Of a stretch of DNA of 32,000 nt, positions 6,888 through 16,878 are shown piece by piece. The DNA lies in assembly GCF_002803295.2 (NCBI RefSeq), contig NZ_PGGB02000003.1:210-32209 (forward strand). Reading direction: 5' to 3'. This DNA comes from Caedibacter taeniospiralis. GTDB taxonomy: Bacteria > Pseudomonadota > Gammaproteobacteria > Francisellales > Francisellaceae. Position 1 is the stretch's first letter. Each line of letters starts with the position of its first letter. Position numbers and translations under genes: made by a program. The notes under the pieces were generated by a model. The model was given only the letters and a program-made list of their open reading frames with translations. It had not been told where the DNA came from and made no database searches.

Positions 6888-7644
6888 CTACCATAAAATT
6901 CTACCGATTATTGAGCTTTACCCTTGCTTACAGGGTGAGGGTTCTCGCCGTGGGCACCCATGTTTTGCCATTCGCACCACAGGCTGTACACATCGCTGCT
7001 ACTTTGGTGAGTCTGGGGGATGGTGTGATACCTGGTATTCAAGCATTCATGCGGATAAGGGTAAGTTTTCTTTTAGCGACATCATCAGCATGATTAGGGC
7101 ACACCCCGACATTAGGGAAATTATGCTAACAGGTGGCGCACCCACCATGCACCCAGCTCTTATAAATGAGATCATGCAGCTTGCGCATGCGTATCAATTA
7201 TTTGTAACTTTAGAGACGGAAGGGTCTCACTTTGTTAAGACCGATTACCCGATTGATCTTGTGAGCCTGTCACCTAAATTCAGCAATAGCATTCCTCAAT
7301 TAGGCATAACCACACCAAAAAACAAGGTTGTCGATCAGACATTTATTGATCAACACAACAAATATCGACTTAATATTGATGCAATAAGCCAAATGATTGC
7401 CTATCACAAAGATTATCAATTTAAACCCGTCTGCGATGGGAGTGAAGCAAATATTCAGGAGATAAAAGCCCTCATCAGTCAATTAAATATTCCTAACCAC
7501 AAAGTCTATCTAATGCCTGCAGGCAGTACACGTAAAGAAATGATCAAAGCCTACCCTCTGATTATTGAACTTGCGCTACAGAATGGCTTTAATTTTACCG
7601 GACGCGATCACATTATCGCGTTTGATGACAAGATTGGAGTGTAA
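6856..7644 (+). CDS. queE: 7-carboxy-7-deazaguanine synthase homologue (radical SAM, QueE family)
   Basis: IIELYPCLQGEGSRRGHPCFAIRTTGCTHRCYFGESGGWCDTWY resembles the QueE N-terminus (E.F.S.QGEG ... C..C..CDT). Start is uncertain: GTG 6856 overlaps queD by 32 nt, and TTG 6862/6868/6880 are alternatives. Confidence 0.75.
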   Translation: MALKLTTNLPDYHKILPIIELYPCLQGEGSRRGHPCFAIRTTGCTHRCYFGESGGWCDTWYSSIHADKGKFSFSDIISMIRAHPDIREIMLTGGAPTMHPALINEIMQLAHAYQLFVTLETEGSHFVKTDYPIDLVSLSPKFSNSIPQLGITTPKNKVVDQTFIDQHNKYRLNIDAISQMIAYHKDYQFKPVCDGSEANIQEIKALISQLNIPNHKVYLMPAGSTRKEMIKAYPLIIELALQNGFNFTGRDHIIAFDDKIGV

Positions 7645-7669
7645 TCAATCAGTGAGTGAAGCCCCAAAA

Positions 7670-9142
7670 TCATATCTCAAGCAACATCCTTGAAGGATCT
7701 TCAATCAATTCTTTAATTGTTTTTAGGAACTTCACTGAAACACTCCCATCAATGATCCGATGATCATAGGATAACGCTAAATACATGATGGGGCGAACGA
7801 CGATTTCGCCATTTATGACCACAGGGCGCTCAACGATATTGTGCATGCCTAAAATCGCGCTTTGTGGCGCATTGATAATCGGAGTGGATAACATCGAACC
7901 ATAGGTGCCGCCATTAGTAATAGTAAACGTGCCACCCTGCATTTCCTCAAGTGACAACTTGCCATCACGCGCTTTGATCGCCATTTCGATGATTTCATTT
8001 TCAATTTTGGCAAATGATTTTTGATCAGCATTACGAATCACAGGAACTACCAGACCACGATCTGAACCAACCGCAACACCAATATCAAAAAAGCCATGAT
8101 AAATAACATCGCTACCATCGATTGACGCATTGACTTCAGGAAAACGTTTTAATGCCTCTGTCGCTGCCTTTAGGAAGAAAGACATAAAGCCAAGTTTGGC
8201 ATCGTGTGTCTTTTGAAATAGATCTTTATATTGTTTTCTCAAATCCATGACAGGCTTCATATCGACTTCATTGAAGGTCGTTAAAATGGCATTAGTATGC
8301 TGCACTTCAACTAAACGCTTAGCAATCGTTTGACGCAAGCGTGTCATCCGCACACGCTTTTCAAGACGACCGCCCGCAAAACTCACCGCCTCAACGCTAG
8401 GTGCTGCCACTGCTGTAACTGGCATATTAATCACATCCTGTTTGGTAATACGACCATTTTTACCTGTGCCTTGAACCGTGGTAACATCAATCTCATTGAC
8501 CTTAACCGCACGACGCACAGAAGGGGATAAATGATCATGTGACTGCATAGAGGTTTCTGCACTTCTGGCAGTTGATACGGATTCAGCACTAATGGCACCT
8601 GTAGTCATTTCGGCAACTGCTTCAGCGCTTAGTACCGTATCACCTTCATTTTTAAGTTTTTTGACTAATATACCACTCTTCGAAGCAGGGACTTCCATCA
8701 TGACTTTATCCGTTTCGATTTCAACCAGGGTTTCACCTTCTGTCACTGTATCACCGATATTTTTGTGCCAGGTCGCCACCGTCCCTTCAGCAATCGATTC
8801 TGGAAAAACAGGCGCATTGATAGTCACGCTTTCGGCAACTGATCCAGTCTGTATTTTTGACCCTGTAGTGACGACTTTAGCTGCTGTTTTAGCTGAGAGT
8901 TTCGCTCTACCCTCACCAATTGTACCAATCGTTTCTTGTGATAACACCGTGTCACCTTCATGCTTTTTAATTTCACCCATAATGCCAGCACTCATCGCTG
9001 GAACCTCCATCACGACTTTATCCGTTTCAATTTCGGCTAAAACATCGCCCTCTTCAACAAGATCCCCTGGCTTTTTATACCAGGTCGCTATGGTGCCTTC
9101 TGCAATCGACTCTGGAAAAACAGGAACTTTTATCTCTGTCAT
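7670..9142 (-). CDS. sucB: 2-oxoglutarate dehydrogenase E2 (dihydrolipoyllysine succinyltransferase) with two lipoyl domains
   Basis: Two tandem lipoyl domains ([14 protein letters not shown]...[12 protein letters not shown]). Subunit-binding segment LSPSVRRAV. Catalytic domain with SYDHRIIDG. Directly downstream of sucA. Confidence 0.92.
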   Translation of the reverse strand: MTEIKVPVFPESIAEGTIATWYKKPGDLVEEGDVLAEIETDKVVMEVPAMSAGIMGEIKKHEGDTVLSQETIGTIGEGRAKLSAKTAAKVVTTGSKIQTGSVAESVTINAPVFPESIAEGTVATWHKNIGDTVTEGETLVEIETDKVMMEVPASKSGILVKKLKNEGDTVLSAEAVAEMTTGAISAESVSTARSAETSMQSHDHLSPSVRRAVKVNEIDVTTVQGTGKNGRITKQDVINMPVTAVAAPSVEAVSFAGGRLEKRVRMTRLRQTIAKRLVEVQHTNAILTTFNEVDMKPVMDLRKQYKDLFQKTHDAKLGFMSFFLKAATEALKRFPEVNASIDGSDVIYHGFFDIGVAVGSDRGLVVPVIRNADQKSFAKIENEIIEMAIKARDGKLSLEEMQGGTFTITNGGTYGSMLSTPIINAPQSAILGMHNIVERPVVINGEIVVRPIMYLALSYDHRIIDGSVSVKFLKTIKELIEDPSRMLLEI

Positions 9143-9194
9143 TTTCTTACCCTTTTTTACTTTTCTACTTTAAAAATCTACTTGCGCTGCCATA

Positions 9195-9225
9195 TGCCCA
9201 AAAGGCGTATTCAATACGCCCCTAC
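9195..9225 (-). terminator. Possible attenuating hairpin between sucA and sucB
   Basis: Minus-strand RNA reads GGCGUAU-UGA-AUACGCC followed by UUUUGGG: a 7-bp stem with only 4 U. Confidence 0.25.
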
Positions 9226-9241
9226 TATGTAAATACACAAC

Positions 9242-12094
9242 CTAATTCAGGTTCAATTTAAGCGCTTCATTAACCAACTCAGTTTGTTGCGCATGAAATA
9301 ATGACGGATAACCTACCGCAGGTGCTGCTGCCGCCTTTCTGCCAACATAGGATAAACTTTGATCTTTATGCAGCACTTTACGCAACTGATGCTGAATCAT
9401 CCACCACGCACCCTGATTTTCTGGCTCTTCCTGTACCCAAACAATGTCTGTGATATGTTCATATTTCGCTAGTACTTTTCCTAAATCCACCTGAGGGAAG
9501 GGATAAAGCTGCTCAAGTCTTATAATCGCAACATCTTTTACCGCCTTGTCTGTCCGCTCAGTCAATAAATCATAATACACTTTACCTGAACACAGAATCA
9601 CGCGAGACACCTCTGAAGGTTTGATATTTTCAACTTCAGCAATGACATTTTGGAACTGACCATCAGCAAGCTCATCGATACTCGAATGGACCAAGGGATG
9701 GCGTAATAAGCTCTTAGGCGACATAACAATCAAGGGTTTTCGATAGGTCCTTAACATCTGTCGGCGCAGCATATGAAATATTTGCGCAGGTGTTGTTGGC
9801 ATACAAACCTGCATATTGTCATGCGCACACAACTGTAAAAATCGCTCAAGCCGTGCTGAAGAATGCTCTGCTCCTTGCCCTTCCTGACCGTGAGGCAAGA
9901 GCATGACAAGACCTGATAAAATACCCCACTTTTCCTCTCCCGCAGCAATAAACTGATCAATCACAACTTGTGCAGTATTAACAAAATCCCCAAACTGCGC
10001 CTCCCACAACACCAGTGTTTTTGGGGATGAGCAACTATAACCATACTCAAAGCCGAGCACGGCATATTCAGATAGTATTGAGTCAATAATATGGCATTGA
10101 GCATTTTGATTAATATGTCGTAACGGTGTGTAATCTAGCAAATTGGCATTACTATGATCGTAATTATGTAATACCGCATGCCGATGAGAAAATGTGCCGC
10201 GCCCAGAATCCTCGCCAGATAAACGTATATTAAAACCTTCCGACAACAGCATCGCATAAGCCAGGTTCTCAGCAAAACCCCAATTGACAGGTATTTTACC
10301 ACTTGCCATTTTAATGCGATCATCCATTGCTTTTCTTACTTGCGGCTGCAAAGCTAACGCTTGCGGCAGATCATTAAGTTTTTGCGCAAGCTCTATAAGT
10401 TTATCCTTGGCAAAACGAGTGTCTACACTTTGATCCCATTTCTGGTTCACGTAAGGACGCCAATCAGCAATACACCTGCTCTTACGTTCATGCTTGCCTA
10501 CGATAATATCCGCAACCACTTTTCCTGCCTGCAACCGATCACGATAAGCCTTTGCCATTTCATCAGCCTGCGCTTTTGTTACAACACCCTCTTTTTCAAG
10601 CTTTTCAGCATAAATAGCGCGCGTTGTTGGCAGCTGTTTGATAACGCTATACATGAGGGGCTGCGTCCCAGACGGTTCATCTGCTTCGTTATGACCCTGC
10701 CTACGGTAGCACACCAAATCAATGACCACATCTTTGTTAAACATCATGCGATAGTCCATCGCAAGACCTGCCACACGTATAACCGCTTCAGGATCATCGC
10801 CATTGACATGAAGCACAGGAGCCTCAACGACTTTAGCAATATCCGTACAATACAAGCTGCTACGGTTATCTTCCTTTTTATCCGTGGTATATCCAATCTG
10901 GTTGTTAATCACAATATGAATCGTACCACCCGTACCGTAGTATCGAGTTTGCGACAACGCAAAGGTTTCCATCACCACGCCTTGACCACAGAAAGCGGAA
11001 TCGCCATGAATCAAAACAGGTACCACTTTACTGTGTGGGTTTTCAGTAAAACAATCCTGTTTGGCTCTAACAGCACCCTCTACCACAGGATCTACGGTTT
11101 CTAAATGAGATGGGTTAAAGGCGAGTGCCAAACGCACTTCCTCTTTTGGCGTTTTATGCCAGGAAGCAAAGCCCAGATGATATTTCACATCCCCCGACAA
11201 GAAACGCTTACTTTGCACCCCCTCAAACTCTTTAAACAAATCTTCAGGGGATTTACCCATAATATTGACAAGGACATTTAAGCGACCTCGATGAGCCATT
11301 CCTAAGCCAATTTCCTCAACAGCAACCTCACCTGCTTTATTGATGATTTCATTTAAAGCGGGAATCATCGACTCTGAACCTTCTAATGAGAAGCGCTTTT
11401 GACCAACGTATTTCATGCCAAGGTACTTCTCCAAGCCTTCAGCTGCCGTTAATCGATCCAACAGCCAGGCTTTGCGCTCATTCGACAAACTGGGAATGGT
11501 TTGTTCAATACGCTGTCTAAACCACAACTTCTCTGCCATATTGCTTAAGTGCATAAACTCATAACCGATACTACCCGCATAAATATGTCTAAGCTGTAGC
11601 AGAATATCTTTTAATGGCATAGCTTTATAGTCAGAGAAAATACCAACATTAAAGCTTTCATTCAAATTGGATGTGTTCAAACCATGAAAATCCAGTTCAA
11701 GCTCAGGCGTTTCTTGTGCTTGCTTGATGCCAAGTGGATCAAGATTTGCAATCTTATGCCCAATACTGCGATACATATACACAAGATCCATCACCGCAGA
11801 GACTTTGTCTCCGCCATCTGGATAACTACCAGAATCTATGACAGCACCTTGCGATCCATATAACGCAAAACGAAATGGATTCTTGCTTAGCGCAATAAAA
11901 TCCTCTCTAACCTCCGCATGTGAGACTTCGTGCTTATTATCACGAATCGCATCAAAATATTGGCGCCAGCTACCATCAACAGCATTTGGATCTTTTAGGT
12001 AATCTTCATAGATGGCATCTAAGTATGCGCTGCTACTGCCCGATAACTGCGAACTCTGCCACCAGGAGACCATTGATTCGTGGGTTTCACTCAT
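9242..12094 (-). CDS. sucA: 2-oxoglutarate dehydrogenase E1 component
   Basis: 950-aa ORF with E1o-typical blocks (GMAHRGRLNVL, IHGDSAF.GQGVV, NNQIGYTT, RRQGHNE.DEP). Lies between sdhB and sucB. Confidence 0.95.
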   Translation of the reverse strand: MSETHESMVSWWQSSQLSGSSSAYLDAIYEDYLKDPNAVDGSWRQYFDAIRDNKHEVSHAEVREDFIALSKNPFRFALYGSQGAVIDSGSYPDGGDKVSAVMDLVYMYRSIGHKIANLDPLGIKQAQETPELELDFHGLNTSNLNESFNVGIFSDYKAMPLKDILLQLRHIYAGSIGYEFMHLSNMAEKLWFRQRIEQTIPSLSNERKAWLLDRLTAAEGLEKYLGMKYVGQKRFSLEGSESMIPALNEIINKAGEVAVEEIGLGMAHRGRLNVLVNIMGKSPEDLFKEFEGVQSKRFLSGDVKYHLGFASWHKTPKEEVRLALAFNPSHLETVDPVVEGAVRAKQDCFTENPHSKVVPVLIHGDSAFCGQGVVMETFALSQTRYYGTGGTIHIVINNQIGYTTDKKEDNRSSLYCTDIAKVVEAPVLHVNGDDPEAVIRVAGLAMDYRMMFNKDVVIDLVCYRRQGHNEADEPSGTQPLMYSVIKQLPTTRAIYAEKLEKEGVVTKAQADEMAKAYRDRLQAGKVVADIIVGKHERKSRCIADWRPYVNQKWDQSVDTRFAKDKLIELAQKLNDLPQALALQPQVRKAMDDRIKMASGKIPVNWGFAENLAYAMLLSEGFNIRLSGEDSGRGTFSHRHAVLHNYDHSNANLLDYTPLRHINQNAQCHIIDSILSEYAVLGFEYGYSCSSPKTLVLWEAQFGDFVNTAQVVIDQFIAAGEEKWGILSGLVMLLPHGQEGQGAEHSSARLERFLQLCAHDNMQVCMPTTPAQIFHMLRRQMLRTYRKPLIVMSPKSLLRHPLVHSSIDELADGQFQNVIAEVENIKPSEVSRVILCSGKVYYDLLTERTDKAVKDVAIIRLEQLYPFPQVDLGKVLAKYEHITDIVWVQEEPENQGAWWMIQHQLRKVLHKDQSLSYVGRKAAAAPAVGYPSLFHAQQTELVNEALKLNLN

Positions 12095-12114
12095 AGTATT
12101 ACTCTTGTTCTTAA

Positions 12115-12819
12115 TTACACGTTATTCTTTAGCATCATTGATCTTAATTTTCCAATCGCCTTTGTCGGGTTGAGCCCCTTGGGACAAACGCTCACACAGT
12201 TCATGATCGTACGACATCTAAAGACGCTAAATGGATCTTGTAAAGCGTCAAGACGCTCTTGGGTCGCGCCATCCCGCGAGTCAATCACAAAACGATATGC
12301 CTGCAAAAGACCAGATGGACCAATGAACTTCTCTGGATTCCACCAGAATGACGGGCATGAAGTTGTGCAACAGGCACATAATATGCACTCATAAAGTCCA
12401 TCTAACTTCGCGCGCTCCTCAGGGGACTGCAAACGCTCCTTGACAGGCGTATCACCTTCAGCTGGAATTAAATAAGGCTTAACCTTTTCATAATTTTTAT
12501 AGAACTGACTCATATCCACTACTAAATCACGAATTACTGGCAATCCAGGTAAGGGCTGTAATTTAATGGGTTGAGACAACTCGCCAATAGAAGTAATACA
12601 CGCCAGGCGATTTTTACCATTGATATTCATGCCATCGGAACCACAAACCCCCTCGCGACATGAACGGCGCACTGCTAAGCTTGGATCCTGATTTTTAATA
12701 AGCTCAATTGCAGTTAATACCTTAGTCCCTTCATTTTCCACCGTGACGGTATAGTCCTGATAGTAGGGCTTGCTATCCACTTCGGGATTATAGCGATAAA
12801 CTTTAAACTTGACTTCCAC
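12115..12819 (-). CDS. sdhB: Succinate dehydrogenase iron-sulfur subunit
   Basis: Three Fe-S Cys clusters: CREGVCGSDGMNING, CILCACCTTSCP and CRTIMNCVSVCP. Confidence 0.95.
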   Translation of the reverse strand: MEVKFKVYRYNPEVDSKPYYQDYTVTVENEGTKVLTAIELIKNQDPSLAVRRSCREGVCGSDGMNINGKNRLACITSIGELSQPIKLQPLPGLPVIRDLVVDMSQFYKNYEKVKPYLIPAEGDTPVKERLQSPEERAKLDGLYECILCACCTTSCPSFWWNPEKFIGPSGLLQAYRFVIDSRDGATQERLDALQDPFSVFRCRTIMNCVSVCPKGLNPTKAIGKLRSMMLKNNV

Positions 12820-12829
12820 CGTTATCTCC

Positions 12830-14617
12830 TTAGTAGCTTCTTACTTTTGGTTGAAATGGTTCTAATTTTAATGGCTTCATATTGACTTCGCGCGTCGAGA
12901 ACCTGTCACCATCAAGGAAATATAAACTGTGTTTCAGCCAGTTCTGATCATCGCGCTCAGGATAGTCCTCACGCGAATGTGCGCCACGCGATTCTTTACG
13001 ATTAAGCGCCAAAACGGCTGTTGCTATGGCGGTTTCCATTAAGTTATCTAACTCAAGCGCCTCGACTCTGGCAGTGTTATAAACCTGTGTATGGTCAGTC
13101 AATGATGCTTTTTGTACACGTGCGCGTAAGGATTTTAGGCGCTCTAAACCATCCTGCATCTGCTGTTCGGTTCTAAAGACTGAGAAATCAATCTGCATTG
13201 CCTTTTGTAATTCGGCACGTAATTGGGCAACACCTTCGCCAGCTTTGTTACTTTCCCAACGGTTATAGCGCGCCATCGCATCATTCAAGGCTTTTTCTGT
13301 TACTTCACGCTGCTGTATGCCAGCACGTAAAACCTCTTCAGCGTGCATGCCCGCAGCACGTCCAAATACGACCAAGTCCAATAATGAGTTTGATCCTAAA
13401 CGGTTTGCCCCATGCACAGAAACACTGGCGCACTCACCCACTGCATACAGTCCCTCAATTACGACGTCTTCTCCCTTGTCGTTTTGCGTTAGCGCCTGAG
13501 CGTATTTGTTCGTTGGAATTCCTCCCATCATATAGTGACAGGTAGGCACCACTGGGATAGGAGCTTTTAATGGATCAACACCTGCAAAGGTCATGGCTAG
13601 TTCACGAATCCCTGGCAAACGCTCCTTGATTACACTTTCATCTAAATGGGTTAAATCCAGATTGACACAATCAACACCTGCAAATTTTAATCCTCTCCCC
13701 TCGTTAATCTCTTGTTGCGACGCTCGCGATACCACGTCACGTGATGCCAGATCTTTGGCATTTGGTGCGTAGCGCTCCATGAAGCGCTCACCGTTTTTAT
13801 TGCGTAAAATACCTCCTTCGCCGCGACATCCTTCAGTAACGAGAACCCCAGCACCCGCGATTCCCGTTGGGTGAAATTGCCAAAACTCCATATCCTGTAG
13901 TGGGAAGCCAGCTCTAAGCGCCATGCCAATGCCATCTCCTGTATTGATATGCGCATTGGTGCTTGACTCATAAATGCGCCCAGCTCCCCCTGTTGCTAAA
14001 ATAGTGACTTTTGACTGGAAGAACACAATCTCCCCTGTTTCCATGTTCATCGCCAACACTCCAGCAATCGCATCCTCGGAGGCTTTTACCAAATCTAAGG
14101 CATACCACTCATTAAAAAATTTCGTTTGATTTTTTAAGTTACCTTGATAAAGGGTGTGTAGCAACGCATGCCCTGTCCTATCGGAAGCCGCACAGGTTCG
14201 GTTAGCAATATTTCCCACATCGTAATTCCGCGACATACCACCAAAAGCACGCTGATAAATTTTACCGTTTTCCAAACGTGAAAAAGGCATGCCCATGTGT
14301 TCCAACTCAATAATCGCCTGCGGTGCATTTTCGCACATAAACTCGATAGCCTCTTGATCGCCAATATAATCAGACCCTTTGACCGTGTCATAAGTATGCC
14401 ATTTCCAATCATCTGAGGGTAAGCCATCGTCATGTTCAACATTGCCAAGGGCTGCGGCAATCCCCCCTTGCGCTGAAACCGTATGTGAGCGTGTGGGGAA
14501 AACCTTAGAAATCGCTGCGGTTTTAAACCCCGATTGCGCAAGCTGAAATGCTGCTTGCATTCCTGCTCCTCCTGCTCCAACGACAATGGCATCAAATTGT
14601 TGTACTGCAATTCTCAT
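12830..14617 (-). CDS. sdhA: Succinate dehydrogenase flavoprotein subunit
   Basis: [13 protein letters not shown] dinucleotide fold and [10 protein letters not shown] covalent-FAD His motif. ATG 14617 lies 8 nt after AGGGG. The ORF-track start two codons upstream is a TTG. Confidence 0.95.
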   Translation of the reverse strand: MRIAVQQFDAIVVGAGGAGMQAAFQLAQSGFKTAAISKVFPTRSHTVSAQGGIAAALGNVEHDDGLPSDDWKWHTYDTVKGSDYIGDQEAIEFMCENAPQAIIELEHMGMPFSRLENGKIYQRAFGGMSRNYDVGNIANRTCAASDRTGHALLHTLYQGNLKNQTKFFNEWYALDLVKASEDAIAGVLAMNMETGEIVFFQSKVTILATGGAGRIYESSTNAHINTGDGIGMALRAGFPLQDMEFWQFHPTGIAGAGVLVTEGCRGEGGILRNKNGERFMERYAPNAKDLASRDVVSRASQQEINEGRGLKFAGVDCVNLDLTHLDESVIKERLPGIRELAMTFAGVDPLKAPIPVVPTCHYMMGGIPTNKYAQALTQNDKGEDVVIEGLYAVGECASVSVHGANRLGSNSLLDLVVFGRAAGMHAEEVLRAGIQQREVTEKALNDAMARYNRWESNKAGEGVAQLRAELQKAMQIDFSVFRTEQQMQDGLERLKSLRARVQKASLTDHTQVYNTARVEALELDNLMETAIATAVLALNRKESRGAHSREDYPERDDQNWLKHSLYFLDGDRFSTREVNMKPLKLEPFQPKVRSY

Positions 14618-14629
14618 TATCAACGCCCC

Positions 14630-14971
14630 TTAAAACAAAATGCAAATAAGCCAAATAAAACAAGTCAAGTAACCGACAATCGCCGCCACCTGCAAAACAC
14701 CACGGATACATGCACACTTCACATAATCGGTAAAAATAGTCCACATACCAATCCACGCGTGTGCCATCAATGACAAAAATGCCAAAAGGGTAAAAATTTT
14801 CACCCCTGTATTTTGGAATATTCCTAGCCACGCGTGATATGAGCCATCACCTGATAAACATAAAATAACGATCACCGCAAAAATCGCATATAGCATAATA
14901 ATAATTGCGCTAATACGCTGTAAGAACCAGTCTTTCAATCCCGAACGGGTGCAAGAAGTTACATTACCCAT
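14630..14971 (-). CDS. sdhD: Succinate dehydrogenase membrane anchor subunit
   Basis: Small hydrophobic protein between sdhC and sdhA. LLAFLSLMAHAWIGMWTIFTDYVK resembles E. coli SdhD. ATG 14971 overlaps the sdhC stop region; the ORF-track start is a TTG. Confidence 0.85.
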   Translation of the reverse strand: MGNVTSCTRSGLKDWFLQRISAIIIMLYAIFAVIVILCLSGDGSYHAWLGIFQNTGVKIFTLLAFLSLMAHAWIGMWTIFTDYVKCACIRGVLQVAAIVGYLTCFIWLICILF

Positions 14972-15348
14972 ATCCAAAGCCCCCAGAAAATAGTTACCAA
15001 TACACCAAGCACTAAAACTGCAATCGAAGAAGCTTTAGCTACACACATTTCTTCGCCAAAACCTAAATCCATGATCAGGTGGCGCACTCCCGCAATCACG
15101 TGATATGAGACTGCTGAGAGAAATATCCATACAATAACGCTCCATGGCGAATGGATGAGTAAACCCTGCACATAGTAAAAGTCTTCGCTACAGCGCATGG
15201 ATAAACTAAATCCCCATAACAAAAATGGCAATAAAAGCACCATCAAAACCCCTGTAATGCGGTGAATAATCGAACTTATTGCTGTGATAGGGAAAGAATA
15301 GGATTTTATTGAGCCAAGTCCTATATTCCGTGGTCCTTGATTTTTCAT
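14959..15348 (-). CDS. sdhC: Succinate dehydrogenase cytochrome b556 subunit
   Basis: MKNQGPRNIGLGSIKSYSFPITAISSIIHRITGV parallels the E. coli SdhC N-terminus. ATG 15348 lies 5 nt after AGGAGA. Confidence 0.88.
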   Translation of the reverse strand: MKNQGPRNIGLGSIKSYSFPITAISSIIHRITGVLMVLLLPFLLWGFSLSMRCSEDFYYVQGLLIHSPWSVIVWIFLSAVSYHVIAGVRHLIMDLGFGEEMCVAKASSIAVLVLGVLVTIFWGLWIWVM

Positions 15349-15464
15349 TTTTTTCTCCTGCATATCAAGAAAACTAAGTGGTTAGCACAAAATTTCCCGT
15401 ATTCTAACATAAATAAATTGAAGCGCTACAGCGAAGAAGCAAGCAAACAGGATTATGATAACAA

Positions 15465-15905
15465 TCACTCGATTTTACGCACATGAATCTGATAACCCTG
15501 GTGCTGCAATTGCTTGTACTGGACTCGCGACGCATTTAATTTTTTGGGTTCTTGATCGACTATTTTTACTAACGCCTGAGCCCCTTTAAAATGACAGCTC
15601 ATATCCTCAGATAAATCTACCACCACGTCTTTTTCTGTACTGTCTAGAAATCCTATTTCACTAGCGAGCACCACGGGTAAACGAGCATATTCCAACTCGG
15701 TTTCATTGGTAATATAAAAATGAGGGATAAAAATATCGCTTTGATCAAACCATAAAAGCTGATCCAGTTTTTGGCACAATTCTCTGTCTGCATAAACAAC
15801 AACCGATCTATCAGTTTCATAATATGCCTTGATCTGTTGCACTGTAAACTGAAGATACGCTGCCTCGGTTTGACCTGGTAAGATAAAAAACTCGACATTC
15901 ACCAC
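15465..15905 (-). CDS. holC: DNA polymerase III chi subunit
   Basis: 146 aa. FFILPG...VVVYADRELCQKLDQLLWFDQSDIFIPH matches the HolC pattern (LD..LW....F.PH). GTG start lies 3 nt after the yjdM stop. Confidence 0.7.
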   Translation of the reverse strand: MVNVEFFILPGQTEAAYLQFTVQQIKAYYETDRSVVVYADRELCQKLDQLLWFDQSDIFIPHFYITNETELEYARLPVVLASEIGFLDSTEKDVVVDLSEDMSCHFKGAQALVKIVDQEPKKLNASRVQYKQLQHQGYQIHVRKIE

Positions 15906-15908
15906 TGA

Positions 15909-16244
15909 CTAAGCCTTCTTCACGAACTCCGATTTAAGCTTCATGGCGCCAATTCCATCGATTTTGCAATCGATATCATGATCACCCTCAACCAGACGAA
16001 TATTTTTTACCTTGGTACCCACTTTGACTACCAAAGATGAGCCCTTGACTTTCAGGTCTTTAATTACCGTAATTGTATCACCATCCTGCAATGGCGTACC
16101 ATAGGCGTCTGTTTTGGTCACCTGGATCTCCACCTCCGCGTCACTTACACTCCACTCGTAAGCGCATTCAGGACAGATCAGCATCTCGCCATCCTGGTAA
16201 ACATACTCGCTTTGGCACTGTGGGCAATTAGGTAATTGTGTCAT
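15909..16244 (-). CDS. yjdM: Zinc-ribbon PhnA/YjdM-family protein
   Basis: [25 protein letters not shown]...[48 protein letters not shown] is near-colinear with E. coli YjdM as recalled. Confidence 0.88.
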   Translation of the reverse strand: MTQLPNCPQCQSEYVYQDGEMLICPECAYEWSVSDAEVEIQVTKTDAYGTPLQDGDTITVIKDLKVKGSSLVVKVGTKVKNIRLVEGDHDIDCKIDGIGAMKLKSEFVKKA

Positions 16245-16254
16245 TTATTTTCCT

Positions 16255-16291
16255 TAAAAAATAAAAAGCCCTTTCAGCTCTAAAGGGCTTT
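16255..16291 (-). terminator. Intrinsic terminator after the 145-aa acidic ORF, abutting the yjdM RBS
   Basis: Minus-strand RNA reads AAAGCCCUUU-AGAGCUG-AAAGGGCUUUUUAUUUUUU: a 10-bp stem plus U-tract. The tract runs straight into AAGGAAAATAAATG (yjdM SD and start). Confidence 0.65.
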
Positions 16292-16428
16292 AGTGTTATT
16301 AAGCTGTGTCGGGGCAGTGTAACAAATAATCCATAAGGCAGAAACCTATACCTGCGCACCCTCTGCAATAATCTTTAGGTCTACTCCCAACGGTAAATAC
16401 CGAAAAGCTAAATAAAATTTAAGGCACT

Positions 16429-16866
16429 TTAGGTATCCGACAAACTTTCGTTAAATTCAAAAAAGCTTTCAAGAACCATTTGATGGAGTAAATCGTCACA
16501 CTCCTCATTGTAGTAATGCGCAAGCTTATCAAGACTCTGTTGATAGTACTCTTCAGATCTTGCCAAGTTACTAATCTCAAACTTCTCCATAAGTTCCAGA
16601 TAAACCTGCAGGCGAATAAGCGCCTCATCTGCAGATGCCGTGGTAAAAAACACGGGAGCTTCATCGTCATCCGCTTCACCTGCAATAATAGACACCGCAT
16701 ACAAGGAAGATTTCTCAGCCTGTGTGATAATTTGAAAGTCAACGGTAAAACTCCAATCTAAACGTTCACCTAACTGATCCGCCATATCATCAATCATGCG
16801 CATTTTCTCACGCACACTTTGGTTTAATTCATAATAAGTCTCAATATTTTCACTCACTTCAAACAT
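16429..16866 (-). CDS. Hypothetical strongly acidic protein (145 aa)
   Basis: ORF starts 12 nt after the purK stop and has a terminator downstream. No family recognised. Rich in D/E. Confidence 0.55.
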   Translation of the reverse strand: MFEVSENIETYYELNQSVREKMRMIDDMADQLGERLDWSFTVDFQIITQAEKSSLYAVSIIAGEADDDEAPVFFTTASADEALIRLQVYLELMEKFEISNLARSEEYYQQSLDKLAHYYNEECDDLLHQMVLESFFEFNESLSDT

Positions 16867-16878
16867 CTTCTTTATTCC

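Noticed and set aside
7645-7669. sdh-suc operon ends at sucB with no sucCD or lpd, and meets convergent queE after only 25 bp with no visible terminator
   Set aside because: Gene order varies between lineages, and the missing genes may lie elsewhere. No sequence feature in the 25-bp gap supports a claim.
8592-9173. 193-aa ORF antisense to sucB, and similar long antisense ORFs (e.g. 10361-11104 in sucA, 13198-13545 and 14134-14610 in sdhA, 4441-5021 in the DUF2797 gene)
   Set aside because: All lie opposite strongly supported conserved genes and have low-complexity or shadow-frame translations. Treated as spurious.
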